Positions 1 through 15,600 are shown, counted from the first letter of the stretch. The stretch: DNA of 64,000 nucleotides from Eledone cirrhosa (GCA_964016885.1 OZ024740.1:55056001-55120000); one strand, 5' to 3'. Numbers and translations: made by a program. The notes: generated from the letters alone by a model not told the origin.

Positions 1-1395
1 TGTTGGTGGTGGTGTTGTTGACGTAGTTGTAGATTTGTCTGCTGTAGATCAGGTTTTTATTCTTGCCGCTTAAACCCAGGACAGTCCTACTTGAGCTAGC
101 ATTCCAACCGCGATCAGCCTACTTTCGTTTCCAAGCAAAACGTATTATGTGCTACCTTTTCTAGCATACCATATCTATCTTTGTTAATAATGGCATTGTA
201 GTGAGATTTGGTTGTTATTACTATCAGTTCAAGCGTCAATGTAGAAGTTGTTTCGTTGATTCAAGAGTTACTTTGTTTGTCATGAGAGGATAAAAAATAA
301 ATGATCAAACGTGAATCAATGCGGATAAAGCTCCCAAAATACTATTGCACGTTTTCTTCTCAGTAAAAATCTAAATATTTATAAAAAAAATTATCAAATA
401 AGGAAAATGATAAGGAAGGGAATATGTAAATAAAAGAAAGATCAAGACACCGCGAAACTCAATTCTCTCTTAACATTGCCAAATCCCGATTTTTGCTCAA
501 GGCTATTGAACAAACTATACACACATCGTACTTCTCGCCGCTCTTTTCTAGATTTTACGGTTCATAAAAGGTATCCATGGAAAAGAATAGAACTAAGAAT
601 TCTCTTCAAATGATGACACTTCAAAAAAAGAAGAGGAGGAAAAAAAAATATATTTATTTAAAAGCAAAGTGGTGAGGTGATTCCTGATGCATTATGTGTG
701 TGCATATATATATATATGTGTGTGTATCGGAGGGGGGTCATTCATATTACATACAAATATACATACATATATTCATACATATATACATACATATATACAT
801 ACAAACATATATACATGCATGTTTTAGAACAATGACATTGTCTTGTAGAAAAGAGGAAAATACAGTTGATTATATCACTCCTGTATATTTTTAACTAATT
901 AGGTATTTTGAAGAAGAGAGATAGAAATATTAGATGAAGTGAAACTTATAGGGGGTTCGAAACCAGAAGGTAAAAGATGGAGAGCCTAGACACTGTGCAG
1001 GCCATAAATTAGTATGAGCATGAGAGGTTTGTGTGATGTTCATGCGTTTATTTACTTATTTTATATTTTTCAAGAGGTTTACAATATAAACGGAGTGATA
1101 TGATTTCAGACATGAAAGCTCAAACATAGAAAAGTGAAAGAGAGATTGTATATGGAGAGAAGGAAAAAGTTGACATTGGTGCATTCTCCCTCAGGGCATT
1201 TCTGACGATAGGGAAATTGTTCCAAACGGAAGCCGTAACCGGGTCGTTGCCTTCAGTGTCTACTAAGAATTGAAGTTGAAGTTACTACTACTAATACAAC
1301 CATTGCTGGTCAAGTTAATTAAATTACTAATATTACTGTTACACTTACTCTTGGCGTTGCTGCTGCTGGGGATGCTACTACTTTACAATTTACTT

Positions 1396-1445
<50 letters not shown>

Positions 1446-1578
1446 GTGATGCTGCTAATAATAATAATGATGATGATAATGATAATAATTGTTTCAACTT
1501 TAGGCATAGGGCCAGCAATTATGGGGGAGGGGGCCGTTGATTAAATAATAAACGATGACCACGACCAAGATAACGATT

Positions 1579-1641
<63 letters not shown>

Positions 1642-2175
1642 TGCGTTATTTTTGTTCTCATTGTAATGGCAATAGGAAATCTTGTTCTTATTAAGCCTCT
1701 ACTTTCTCTCTCTCAGTTACACTAGCTCTGTTTCTCTCTCTCCCTCCCTCACACACACACACATTCGCTCTACCTCCCTCACACATACACTCTCTCCCAC
1801 TCCCTCCCTCACACACACACACTCTCTCTCTCTCACTCTCTCTCTCATCTTCTTTCTTTCTCACTCTTGGTATGTTTGTCGATTATGCGCTTCATTAGAG
1901 TTTTGTTTCATGTATTTTATAATATTATACATACATACAGACACACATACAGACACACATACACCCATATATATATATAACGAGAGAAATAGAAAGAGAG
2001 AGAGAGAGAGAGGGAGAGAGAGAACGAGAGAGAAATATTAATACGTATGTATACTTAAACACACACACACACACATAAATACATTTGTATTATATATATA
2101 TATACTTTATATACTATATGTATACTTATATATAAATATATATATATATATATAATATATATATAATATAGATAT

Positions 2176-2224
<49 letters not shown>

Positions 2225-2254
2225 ATTATATATATATATTATATATATATATAT

Positions 2255-2329
<75 letters not shown>

Positions 2330-2687
2330 GTGTATGTGTGTACATTGTTTAGCATTTTTCTTTACGTGGACTGCCTTTTTCGCCTCCAGATATAATTCTT
2401 CCTACACAAACTCTCGAAATTTTCGCTCGTACTTCCTTGTCTCTCTCTTTCTCATCTATAAACTCTTACTCTCTTTATAACTTTCTCACACTTTCCCCTA
2501 GATCCTTCCCTGTTATATATCCTTCCTTTTCTCTCTCTATTCGTTACCCCCCCCTCTCCCTCTCTCTTTATTTCTCTGTGTCTCTCCTTTACCTTCCCTG
2601 ATGCTAAATCCTTCTGCTAACGCCCTCTTAGAATTCTTTATACAGCTACCCGGTTGCCATATTTTGTTATCCCTTCCGTTTCCTTTT

Positions 2688-2790
<103 letters not shown>

Positions 2791-2851
2791 TACACACACA
2801 CACATATATATACATATATATATAAAAATACACACACACACACACACACAC

Positions 2852-2913
<62 letters not shown>

Positions 2914-2934
2914 GTGTGTGTGTGTGTGTATTTT

Positions 2935-2966
<32 letters not shown>

Positions 2967-3782
2967 TATATATGGATATATATATTTATATAAATATATC
3001 TATATATAAATTGATATAAATATATATATATATTACTCGCTTTCTCTTTCTCTCCCTCTCCCACGCCCTTTTTCTCATTATTTCCATCATTCATTCTTTC
3101 CAACTCTCCTCACTTTCCTCCTCCCACCTCTCTATCACACCCTCCCTTTCTCTCTCGATCTATATCGTTCCCCTTATTCTTCAACTCTCTTTCTCATTCC
3201 ACCTCTTCCTCTTCCTTTCTGTTTCATACTTTTCTCTTGGCGTTTCCCTCTTGCTCCACTCCCGCCTCTCATAAATTAACGGACGTAATGAGCTAGTCTA
3301 GTAGTAGTAACGACGCCAAATCCAGAAAGAACATACTTCAGTGTCTACATGCCCTGGAGAAGAGTCCTTGATAGACAGACTTCTAGCCAACAAACCAACT
3401 AACCAACCAGCCTACCAACCTGCCAGCCAGCAAGCCGCCTACAGAAACAACTATCCAACACGAGTGCGTCTACATGTTCGCTCAGAAGACAACGATGTTG
3501 AATCTACATGGTAACTCACCCTGCTTGGAATCACACACACTACACTCAGAAAGAATAAAATAGGACACTTTGCATAATTTTATCATTGAAATCGTTAACA
3601 AGGATGCGATGGTCATGACTGCAACGCCTTTGAGTATAAGTCTCTCTCTATAAGTGTTTATATGAGGGTAAGCAACAATAATAGTTAAACAACAACAACA
3701 TAAAGAAGAAGAAGAAGAAGAAGAAGAAGAAGAAGATCTCTAAAATAAAGGGAAATATATATATGTATATATATATATACTC

Positions 3783-3846
<64 letters not shown>

Positions 3847-4830
3847 GTATATATAGTTATAATGGATGGAAGGAAGGGAGAAATGAACAACAACAACAAC
3901 AGCAACAACAACAGCATCAGCAGCAACAACAGTCTACCTCCCACGAATCAATACGAGACAATCAACCTACATGTCTCGACCTGTTACAAATACCAAAGGA
4001 AACCTCCTAAAAATTATACACTGCCAACATAAATAAGGAAAGTGCAAAATATTTCTACATGTCGTTAAAATATGGGAAAACCTAGGCTAGATAGATTTGA
4101 CCTCGGGATAAACAACAACTTGTCTGCTTGTCACACAACTATCCCTTGTCCATCGAGACAATAGCTTCGTTCATTTCGCCTGTCTGACAACTAATTAGCT
4201 AACCTTAGTCTTAAATGTTTCGTGAAGTTTTATACTTTTTAATCACGTAGGAAAGAACAGCGATCATGATACATTTCCTGTCATCTAAGGCAGTTAAAAG
4301 TGAATGATATCCTCTAACTGTACATTTGGAAAAAACTAGGAACAGAACAATTTACTTTAAATTCTCCTAGTATAAGATTTTGTTAAAGCGGGTTACCGTG
4401 AAGTATTTCCATACCGCATGTTTTTTTCGTCGAAATATATATATATATATATGATTTACCATAACCCACGTGCAGTCATCTCCTTTACAAATAACATATT
4501 GTGTGCACTCCAAGGTATAGATTTGAGTGTTCCCACGTTCAAATCTTACGTTTCCTTGAGTGAGTAATGGACATGATGGCATTCCTATTCCGTTTGGTTC
4601 TAAACTCCGATATATGTATATTTGTGTATATATATATGTATGTACGTACGTAATTATGTATGTATGTATGTATGTATGTATGTATGTATGTATGTATGTA
4701 TGTATGTATGTATGCATGTAATTAAGTATGTAAACATTGTTTTACACCTTAACCGTAGGAGATAAATAACGGTCTCCATTTGCATATATGTGAGCTTCGT
4801 TAGTTTATGAAACCATTGGTGCCTGATGTG

Positions 4831-4903
<73 letters not shown>

Positions 4904-4911
4904 ATAGAGAA

Positions 4912-4942
<31 letters not shown>

Positions 4943-5701
4943 GAGAAATAAAAAGAGTGTAGGTGAGAGAGACAGGGAGAGGTGCAGTATAAATGTTGAA
5001 TGCATACATTTGGGACATGTTTCCAGCTAATAATCAGTGTCAGTTGCAAATTTTGCATCGAAATCCATAGGCCGTTTCATTGCATACTCCAATGAAAGAA
5101 ATGTGTAGCGGAGTTCATTGAATTATGTTATGCTAATTCCACGCCTCTATATAAAGAGCATCGTAATGAATGGTTTTCTTGTCGATGTAGTTGAAGATGC
5201 AGCAACTACTTTTGTTGCAGTTATAATTGTTGTTGTTGCCTCTATTCGTTTGTTGCTTTTGTCATCGAATATTTTCTTTTCATTTATTTTCTCACAAACT
5301 CATTTTATGCATGGATATTATAAATTCTTCGGGATTTATTCTTGCTCTTTTATATTTCTTTAGAACTGTAGTTAGTTTTCTTGTTTACTGAGCTGTGGAA
5401 TATTTAGTTGCTGGTGTTTCTACTTTGGTTGTTGATACTGATATTGATTTGTTTTTATGCATCTATTTTTGTGGGGGTATTCCTGCTTTAAATACTGGAT
5501 AGAAAAGACATAAAACCTGATCCTGGCAACCAGTATTGTATTTTAAGTTATTTACTGAAAGATGTTGTAGGGGATATAAATGATTATAAAATAAAAGAGA
5601 GGAGGGAAAGAGATAGGAAACGGATAGACAAGCAGGCGTGTAAACAGAGAGGTATACAGAGAGATAGAGAGATAGAGAGATAGAGAGAGAGAGAGGGGGG
5701 T

Positions 5702-5759
<58 letters not shown>

Positions 5760-6021
5760 TGAAAGCAATGTGAATACAATTTAAACGGTCAATAGTAATT
5801 TCTTGATCTGCTGATGTGTACAGTTAACTGAAGTCCCATTGAACGAAACACTCATCTATATAATATGTAATCTTGTTTACTTTATAAATTAAAAGTATAG
5901 ACTTTATCGTAGACATTTATAGTGGATGTAGGCATGGCTGAATGGTAACGAATTTCACTTTACTATAATTAAGTTCCATGTTCAATCCTATTCAGTGACA
6001 TTTTAAATGTATTGTATCAAT

Positions 6022-6185
6022 GAAGGCGTGTGGCTACGTGGTTAGAGAATTGGATTCACAATCTTGAGGTTATGAGTTCGTTGCTCCTTCTACCTGGAGT
6101 TGCGACCGATAGATAGTATTAGCAACTGGAAAGACCGACGAAAACATTGTTTCCTCAGTCCGATTTAACGAAAGTCGATTGGTCA
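6022..6185 (+). mobile_element. tRNA-derived SINE, family B (internally deleted copy)
   Basis: Head GAAGGCGTGTGGCTACGTGGTTAGA (A box) then GAGTTCG (partial B box). Body is colinear with the copies at 20981-21200 and 39910-40091. Confidence 0.75.
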
Positions 6186-6950
6186 TGTATCTAAACCTTC
6201 GAATCAAAGAAAGCATTTGGAATGAAGTTGGGTAGAGGAAACTGTGTCGAATGTTATTGGATGAGCTTTATTTAACATACAATTCATAGAGCTATGTTAA
6301 TTCCGGCAACGAATTACGTTCAATATAGAAATGTCTATGAAATTATTTGCCACACACAAGTTAATTACAGAAACGGACATAAATTTGACCAAACAGAACG
6401 CAATGAAAACGGTTGTTCTCTGGGAATTGGGCCTTGCAAAGAAAACGGGATGGTCAAAAATAAAACAATAACATAATGGTGGATACACATTATTATTTAT
6501 TTAGTTATTTTTGTTAAAAATTAAGTCAGGGTTTATATAGAATTATTCAAAGTGATAATGTGACAGTCACAATTTATTAGATGTATTGGCATCGCATGTG
6601 ACATGATTTAGTTTCATATATGATTCAAACGCATCTTTTAGAACCCTATTTGGCACAGGATTTACTTGTCGGCATCAATAATAAATTGGCGGTTTATGAA
6701 CAAAGTCTTAGACTGAAAGTAAGCTAGACAATTACTTCACACACACATATATGTGTGTATATGTGCGTGTGTGTGCATGCATATACACATACATTGGGGG
6801 AAAGGTTCATGGAAATGTAAAGTGATAAAAAAGGGAAGAAAGAAATACACAAGAATATAAAACAGTGGGACATGAGAATGCGAGGAAGATAAAGGTTAAG
6901 AAAGAGGAAAAAGTTTGAGTCCGTGCTGGATTAATATTTCTCTCATTTTA

Positions 6951-7168
6951 GGGCGGTGGATTGACAGTATTGGTAGAGGGTCGAACGCCATGCATTGCAG
7001 CATAGAGTTATGGCCCTTTATGATCTGAGTTCAAATCCCGCCGAGGTTAACTTTGCCTTTCTTCCTTATGGAGTCGTAAAATAAAGTACCGGTCACGCAC
7101 TGGGGGTCGATTTAATCGACTTTCCCCTCCTCCAAACTTGCTGGCATCGTGCCTATATAAGAAACTCT
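6951..7168 (+). mobile_element. SINE family A (Nin-domain-like), full-length long form with 15-bp TSD
   Basis: GGGCGGTGGATTG..GAGTTCAAATCCC (B box)..GGTTAACTTTGCCTTT..ATAAAGTACC. Flanked by the direct repeat TATTTCTCTCATTTT at 6935-6949 and 7169-7183. Confidence 0.9.
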
Positions 7169-8107
7169 TATTTCTCTCATTTTGATTTTCATGTTTCTTT
7201 ATTTTTTCTTTAATTTTCTGGTTTGTTTAGTTTGCTTGTTTTTTTTGGGGGGAGGGGGGGGTCGTTATGCGAGAGTAAATTGGGTTAAGATATTTATAAT
7301 ACTTACAAATTGATTTCTTTAAGTCTAGTTGCATTTCCATAGGGTAATTTCATGAAAGTTGAAAGTAACAAATAATAGTTTCCATAGTTCAAAATAAGCT
7401 GGTACATCAATTGATTTTAACCACAAATAAATCCTCGTTATAGTCTTAAGAAGTGCTACTCTGAACGTTTTGAAATCCTCCAATGGTATTGTCACTTAGA
7501 AAAACAATCGGATTATTTCGAGTAAAGTGTTTTTGTCTAGAAACATACACATATGCACACATGCATTCATGCATATGTATATACATAAATACGTACGGAC
7601 GCAAACACACACACTATTACAAACTCAAACACACACACATATATATGTATAAGTCATTCTCTATAAAATGCATGTACATAATCAAATATGTGTGTTTATA
7701 TATGTGTGTATTATTTATGCTAATACTACCATTTAATGAAATTCATATTAGGTTAGAGTATAAAGTCTTTCACAAGAAATGGCCTGTCGATCAGATGTCA
7801 CTCACTTTCAACACTTCGTACGATATTTTACATTAAATACTATAAGCTAAATAGATCTTTCATTCAATGTTACGTGGAGAACAATAATCCAATTCTTTTT
7901 TTTTTTTCTCATGGATACATATTTTATTTCCTATTTCAACTAAATTGATCCAATTAAATTATGATAGGCACAGTTAATAATATATAATTAAAACCATCTA
8001 GATTTCCTAATATCAAAAATAAACGCTGAAATTCCCAATTTCAAGTTCTACTGCAGATACTGAACTTCAAATTCAAATTTTAATGTTTCTCAGTGTTAAT
8101 TATGTGA

Positions 8108-8205
<98 letters not shown>

Positions 8206-8310
8206 TGTTAAAGTTTGAGTGAAGCATTCAGGAATATCAACAATAGTTGTTCTGGAAGGAGGCTTCCCAAACCACTATTTTATATATATATATATATGTA
8301 TATATATATG

Positions 8311-8394
<84 letters not shown>

Positions 8395-8676
8395 TATATA
8401 AAGATTTTCTATCTTTTGAAAATTCAAACGCAAATATGTCAGTATATATATATATATATATATACATGAGTGTGTGGTGTGAGGGTGTGCGTGCGTGCGT
8501 GTGTGTGTGTATACTACTTACGTACGTATTTATACCCGAAAGCAATATGAGAAGAAAAAAACCTGTTTGATATTTTGCGCAACATGCTCATAGTCTTTGA
8601 CTGAACACGAACCGATTCACTCAGGAGATTGAAAGATTTCTCAATCTATTGAAGATTGAACGCTGTGACCAGTGTG

Positions 8677-8806
8677 TATTGATTCATTATCTAGATCTTT
8701 ATATATCGTATAGATCCTTATATATCGTATTGACACTATATATCGTATTGACATTATCTAGATCCTTATATATCATATAGATCCTTATATATCGTATTGA
8801 CACTAT
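8677..8806. repeat. Nested minisatellite (TAGATCCTTATATATCGTA units inside a ~65-70 bp duplication)
   Basis: Repeated TAGATCCTTATATATCGTA and TTGACAC modules read directly from the sequence. Confidence 0.7.
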
Positions 8807-9225
8807 GTGTTCATATTAAACGGTAAACTTGTAAATATATGTCAATATGTAGATACATGGAATTACCAATATTGGATGAATTTATGTTCCTTCATCGGGA
8901 TGCAAATTCTTCTTATGAAAAAGACGACAAGTTGAAAATATATCATAGAAACCATTCCGTCGCAAAATTGTATGGTGAACAAGGTGTTGTGTCGCTGAAT
9001 TGCTATATGAATATGTTCCACCCAAGGGGACAAGTTGAATATATATCATATACACCACGCCGTTAGTTGACCAGATGGTGAACAACGTGTTGGAACGCTG
9101 AGTTGCTGTATGAATATTTCCTACTTAATGTACTAGGACAATGTGACAGGCTTATATCAACGCTGAAAATAGCAGCAAAAAACTGACTAAATCAGCTCAA
9201 CATTGATGGAGCAGTCGATATTAAT

Positions 9226-9514
<289 letters not shown>

Positions 9515-9836
9515 GCCTGTGGCTAATGTCTCAGAACGAATGATGTGGTACTTTGCTATACTGGTATCATGCTGTTTTTTTATGCACATACACGCGCGCA
9601 TGCGCACAGACATATATATATACACACACACATATATATATATAGTAGAATAATCGAGTATCGAAAAATCGGCGCACGGGTTCACGATAAACAAAATTCG
9701 ATATGAGCGGCAGAGGACTCCATAATTTAGATAAATCAGAGCTATAACTATCGTTAAAATACCGTCACACATAGAACAAGTCTATAATCAACCGTACGAT
9801 CGAAAAGTTGCGATCTGGAAGATTCGGGACACTCAG

Positions 9837-9907
<71 letters not shown>

Positions 9908-11951
9908 TGTGTATGTGTGTGTTTATCTGTGAGTCTGTGTGTCTGTGAGTGTCTGTGTCTATGTGTGTCGTGCGTGTGTGTGTGTGTTTGCCTCAGTGTG
10001 CGTATGTGTCTCTTTGTCTGTGCCTTTCTGTGTTTTACTTCCTATGTTACATACTTTATATACTGGACGTCTTTATTTGTGCGCACTTGTTAGTAAAGTC
10101 TATGAACAACGTATGGTTAGGGGATCTAAGAGCAAAGATCATAAGCCATAAGAACTCTAGCTACTTATCCTAGGAATGTATAATTTCTAAGGGCAGAAGT
10201 GTAAAACCAATAATACGAATGAAATAAAGAAGGTTTACACATAAAGAAACTTGATTTATTTTCTTCTATTCTATAATGAAATATGAATTGAATTACTGAT
10301 TATACAGAAGCAATGTAGCAGACAATCAGCGCTTCTTTACCTTCATTATTTACCTAATATTTCATTTAACTCTTAAACTCAGACATTCTTCTATGACCTC
10401 AAAGCAAATGTTTCAGTATGAAAATAATTAAAAAATCACTTCCATGAGTTTGAGTTTTTTCTTCCTTAAACGAAAATAAGATTATATTGTTTAGTCCAAT
10501 GTCACCTCTGGTCAACCAATACTGTAATCAAAAGCATTGATGTTATGACCATACCGTCTACCAGATATGTCCTTTTTTTCTCTAAGTCTGTAAAGTGTCT
10601 TAAGAAAGAATTACGTAGTTGGTCGTTGTTATTATTTAGCGCCAGGTCAACGCTGATTGTCTACACCTATGAGGAAAACCACTACGGTATTGACCATCCT
10701 GGCTCTTTTTATGTATGCAGGACTATATTATGTACGCTATTGACTATAGTATGGGATAGATTTGGCTACTACTTTTACACATCAAATGACTAGATAAAAC
10801 TGCGTTGACTTTTTTGCGTAACACGTGTAATCAAATAATTGTTTAACTGAAGACCAAATCTGATTATGTAGGTCTATGTGCATATGAATTATAAACATAG
10901 ACATCCTGTCTTCTCAGTTGTACGTACGACCCTGTAATCTACTGTGTCGTTTCTTCTTATAATCGTGGTTCGAGGGAATGATGTTTGATATTTCCTGTTC
11001 ATGGCACAACCACATATATGCACCCTCATTGGCTGTGTTCATTAATTGTCTTATCTAATAGCTAGTGTTTCTATAATATAACTCTAAAATGTGTGATATC
11101 ATTATAATCTCTCCAGATAATTTTATTTTATTTGCTTGATGAATAGTTAAGTTCAATATTAAAAATTTTTCCGTGATAATTCTAAAAAATGTTAGCGTCC
11201 GGTCGTTTAGCAGAATCGGTATTGCAATATATATTTACGGGTCTTCACATCTTTGTTCAATTCACGACGCCTTATTCATCTGGGGTCGATACGATGGTGA
11301 TATAAGGGTGTCGATATCATCGACTGTTCCCTTCCCCTTATATTTGTGGCCTTGTGATTTGAAGGAAATTTGGCTATTATTTCTCTCAGATCAAGCCAGC
11401 ATATAGAATCTCCCTCGTTGGTTTGTATCATTGACTAATCGTTTGCGGTTCTATGAAAAATTTGTAATACATCTTTTGCTTTTCTTAGATTCCATATTTC
11501 AAAGTTTTTCTTTCAAAATTTAGTAACTCATAAATTGTTTAACTTCCAGGATAAAATGACTTTACTATAGCAAGGAGCTTAGAAATAAGTTTCATTAACA
11601 TGTAAATCTGTATCTGAACTTAGGAGAACGAAGTAACTGTGAAATCTGACTATCCCTTTCATAATACATATTTCGGAGAATGATGTGACAAATTTGTGAC
11701 GAAGGTTACTCAACAAGCATCTACGCAAGATCAACATGTAAAATATTCTTAGAGTACAATATTTGGATAAAAGAAAATGTATTTGATTAAACAAATAACA
11801 ATAGGCAGTAACAACGATAGAGAGAAAATATTCAGTCGGTACTGTAATGATGTGAGACAGTATAATGTATATGCATAAATACCTACATACATATATACAT
11901 GTACACATATATATATACAAGCACACACACACACACACACTCATATATATA

Positions 11952-12283
11952 TATAAAGAAAAAAAGATGAAATCGAAAATGCAACTGGAGTCTTATTTTT
12001 TTTTAAATATATATATTTATTTGGTTCCTTTACCGGTTTTGCAGTTCTTCTGCTTTTCAAAAGTAGGGTTGAGATGGAGGATCTGTGGTTTTTCACAGAC
12101 CCTCCATCTCAACTCTACTTTTGAAAAGCAGAAGAACTGCGAAACCGGTAAAGGAACCAAATAAATATATATATATATTTTTAAATAAGACTCCAGTTGC
12201 ATTTTCGATTTCATCTTTTTTTCTTTATACTTTCACTCGTATAGGACACCTCGGTTATTTTTCATTTTGTAAAAACACCTCAC

Positions 12284-12290
<7 letters not shown>
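11952..12290 (+). mobile_element. Penelope pLTR/retrozyme-like fold-back cassette (palindrome 11952-12229 plus ~60-nt tail) between (TA)n tracts
   Basis: Near-perfect arms of ~135 bp around a short loop at ~12088-12093. The right arm holds a hammerhead-like fold followed by AATAAA. Confidence 0.7.
12118..12153 (+). ncRNA. Minimal type I hammerhead ribozyme, U3-A8 core variant
   Basis: CTT-TTGAAAA-GCAG aagaa CTGC-GAA-ACCGGT-A-AAG: 4-bp stem II, palindromic stem III, GUA triplet, only 3-bp stem I. Confidence 0.55.
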
Positions 12291-12345
<55 letters not shown>

Positions 12346-14879
12346 TATATATATATATATACATATATAAATGATGGGTATGTTATTCAGCATTTGTGTT
12401 CATATTCATTGTCTTGCAGAATTCATCTGTCCAACATAAATTATATGACGATGGACGATCAATATATTATATATATATAAATATGTGTGTGGGTGGGTGG
12501 GTGTGCGTGTGTGGGTGGATGGGTGTGTGTGCGTGTGTGGGTGGATGGGTGTGTGTGCGTGTGTGGGTGGATGGGTTTGTGTGTGTGTGTATGTTCGGGT
12601 GTATATAAATATATATAATGTTTAAAAATATATATATATAATAATTCTGTAGTAATACATTAGATTTGTTAAATCTTCCTTTTGAATGTCAAAGAGTACA
12701 ATAGCAAGAAAGGTTAAAGTTCAAGATAATCGAAATCCAGCCGACTTGATTTGAATCTGTCACACATTGATTGATGATTTGAATAGAACAGAGAAGAGAA
12801 TATGACTGGAGAAGACAAAAGAAAAGTGCTGTTTAAAAAATGTAAAGAAGTGAGAAAATGAAGTACAAAATGGTTCTGTCTATAGTAAGGATAGAAGTGA
12901 ATATGGCAAACAGTATTGTTGGCCGGAGGATAAAGAGCTTGGCTAGCGAACAAGGATAATTGTGACGGTTTTTCTGACGATTTCATTGTTCTTTGGCTTG
13001 TACAGAATGTTGAGTCATATGTTTATTAATCGCCATTTTGGTTCAGCCTTACGTTTCATTTACGTTCTGTCTACCTAGACAACTATGTCTTTTACTCGAA
13101 ATATTTTTTCTCCTTCTTCTCGCCATTTTATTGCGCTAAGCGATAGACTTTTAACATTACAATTTATTGCAATTAAAAGTTAAAATACATGCAGGGTGTT
13201 TTTCATATACCCCTCGAAGAATTTATCTCTTTCAAATCTATTTAAATAATGTATGTATATCTTAAATAAAGAAAAAAGGCATTTGCAATTTCTGATATGT
13301 TTATTTTTAATCTCTTCTTTATACACGTGAATATATATTTCCTTGTTAAGAAAATCATATTTTGAAATAAATTATTTTATGCAGGAAATTTCATATTTTC
13401 TTCTTGATTAAGCAGAAGATTTGTCATTGTTTTCTATGTTCTCAATAAGGAGGTCAGTAAAAATTATTTCTTATTTCACTTTAAAAAAAAATTCTAAGAA
13501 ATGGATATTACTGTATTTCTTTGAAACCAATCTGGAAATAAACTGATTATTTGTCAAGGATGAGTCTCAAAAATAAAATTGGAAATAGAAATATATTTTG
13601 TTTTATTTCACTTATAGTTTTTAGTTTAGTTTGATTTTATTTTTAATTAATTTAATTCGCCTTATGTGTTATCCTATTCACCAGCCTCTACCATAGAAAA
13701 TGCCTCTTTCTTCATTACTACGATGATTGTATTAGTGGATTCTTTCCTCCCACCATTTGCTTTTTCCTTTCTTTGATTATCCGTTTCCACAATGCATTCA
13801 GTTTTTTAATGTCATTTGTCTCTAATCTGATTATAACAGAATTATTAGTTCACGAGCTAGTCTATATATTATCGAAATGAAATGAGCCTAGAATAAAGGT
13901 TAGTATTTAGTCTGACCTAAATAGAGACGAAAGAGATTTAAGATAGTTTATGCGTCGTACTGGTGAGTTTGAGAGACGAATTTGACACCGTTTAAACATA
14001 TAGATGATATATACTTTTTAGCAAGAAAAATGTAAATTTATAACGATAATATGTACAAAATATGATCATTTTATATTATGACTTCACGTACCACCAAGGT
14101 CGTCATTGCATCTCATGATACCAGGTATAGAGTTAATGCACTACTCCTTCACTAAGCATTGAGCTGAGGTTAGAACACTTTGATACAGAATATGAAAACA
14201 ACATTAACGATGTAGCAAAATTAGTATATCAATTTCTTATTTTTTGATCTCGTAAAGCTATAATTTCTTGAAAACCGATCGTCAGTTTGGCCGAGGCTAA
14301 TGTGTAAATCAGAGACTGCCATAGCAAATAGCATCAAATTGAATGATGATGACGTTTCTTTGGGGTTTTCAAACAGAACAATTCATGAATGTTTCACCTA
14401 ACATTATGCTGCTTAGTTGGATCAATGTAACAGTAATGCTAACATTTAGTAACCACGAAATTAAGAAAACAAAAAAAAGCACATAACTTGCGAAAACTTC
14501 TTCCTTAATGAAAGACGACACTGGTGTATTTAAAAGTCATCCATATTGTATAAACTTTCCCTCCCCATTGTACACGAAACGCACATATGCAAACACAGAA
14601 ACGATCTAATGAGATCTATCTACAAGAGGTAGGAGCCACTTCTCCCTTAAATCATGTTCCCGCCATTTTGGATAAATAAATATTTTTAAACAATCACAGA
14701 CGAAATGGTCACGACTGGAATGCTTTTTTATCATAAACCAGTTAGGTCATGTCTAAGTTAAAGTAAAAAACGACAATATGTATATATAGAGAGCGAAATT
14801 CCTTTTATAACATATGCATATATATTTGAGTGGTACGTGTGAGTGCTCACGAGCCTGTGTATGTGTTTGCCTATGTAAG

Positions 14880-15600
14880 TGCAACGTCATCCATGTAGAA
14901 ATAAGCGAAACGAATCTAATATAACATGCAGCAGTCTGCCTGCCAAACTATACAATCAGTTTGGGTTCCCTACGTCCATCAACACGGGCCTTTGCACTCT
15001 ATGACGTCATAAGAGCAGAAAGCTGCCGGCTCTCGATAGAATTTCTGGAAGCTGGTAGTGATATATAGCGTTATAAAGGATGCGTGTATTGGGGAGAATA
15101 AATAAAATGAGAGAGTTGGGAAAATAGAGAGAGGGGAGACCACCGAGGAGAAGGAGGAGGGGGAGGGGGAGGATGATGAGGAAGAGGAGGAGGAGGAGGA
15201 GGAGGAGGAGGAGGAGAAGGAGAAGAAGAAGAAGTAGAAGAAGAAGAAGAAGAAGAACTGGTTGTGGCAGATAGACAGTCAGACATAGACAGTCAAACAG
15301 ACAGATAGACAGACAGACATAAGGTAAATGGCGAGGGTAAGAACTGGCACATGGGAAAGGAGAAAGGAGTGGGTGCGTAGAGAGACGCTAGCTGATGTGA
15401 CATGTTTAAGGAAACACTTGATAGCTGGAGGCGGCGAACTAGAGCGCCAATTCCGGCTAGAGCGGCCGTTGAGTGAACGAACAGGCGACACGGCCCGGCA
15501 CGGCATGGGTGCTTTTCTGCACTTCATACTGTAGTGACATGGTGGAGGATGCTGGGTGGGACTGAGTGGGGTCTAACTTCGACAGAGGTCAAGGGCGAAG
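14880..15600. promoter_or_regulatory. Candidate promoter/enhancer: CRE palindrome, TATA-like words, CpG-rich segment
   Basis: ATGACGTCAT at 15001-15010, TATATAG/TATAAA at ~15062-15077, and GC/CpG-rich non-repetitive sequence at 15420-15510. Confidence 0.3.

Noticed and set aside
900-1260. Possible CR1/L2 3' end (WNNFP on the minus strand)
   Set aside because: A single short motif is not enough support.
11952-12229. Long hairpins as pre-miRNAs or TIR MITEs
   Set aside because: They have one-sided tails, ribozyme motifs and no TSD distinguishable from (TA)n. A miRNA call needs small-RNA data.
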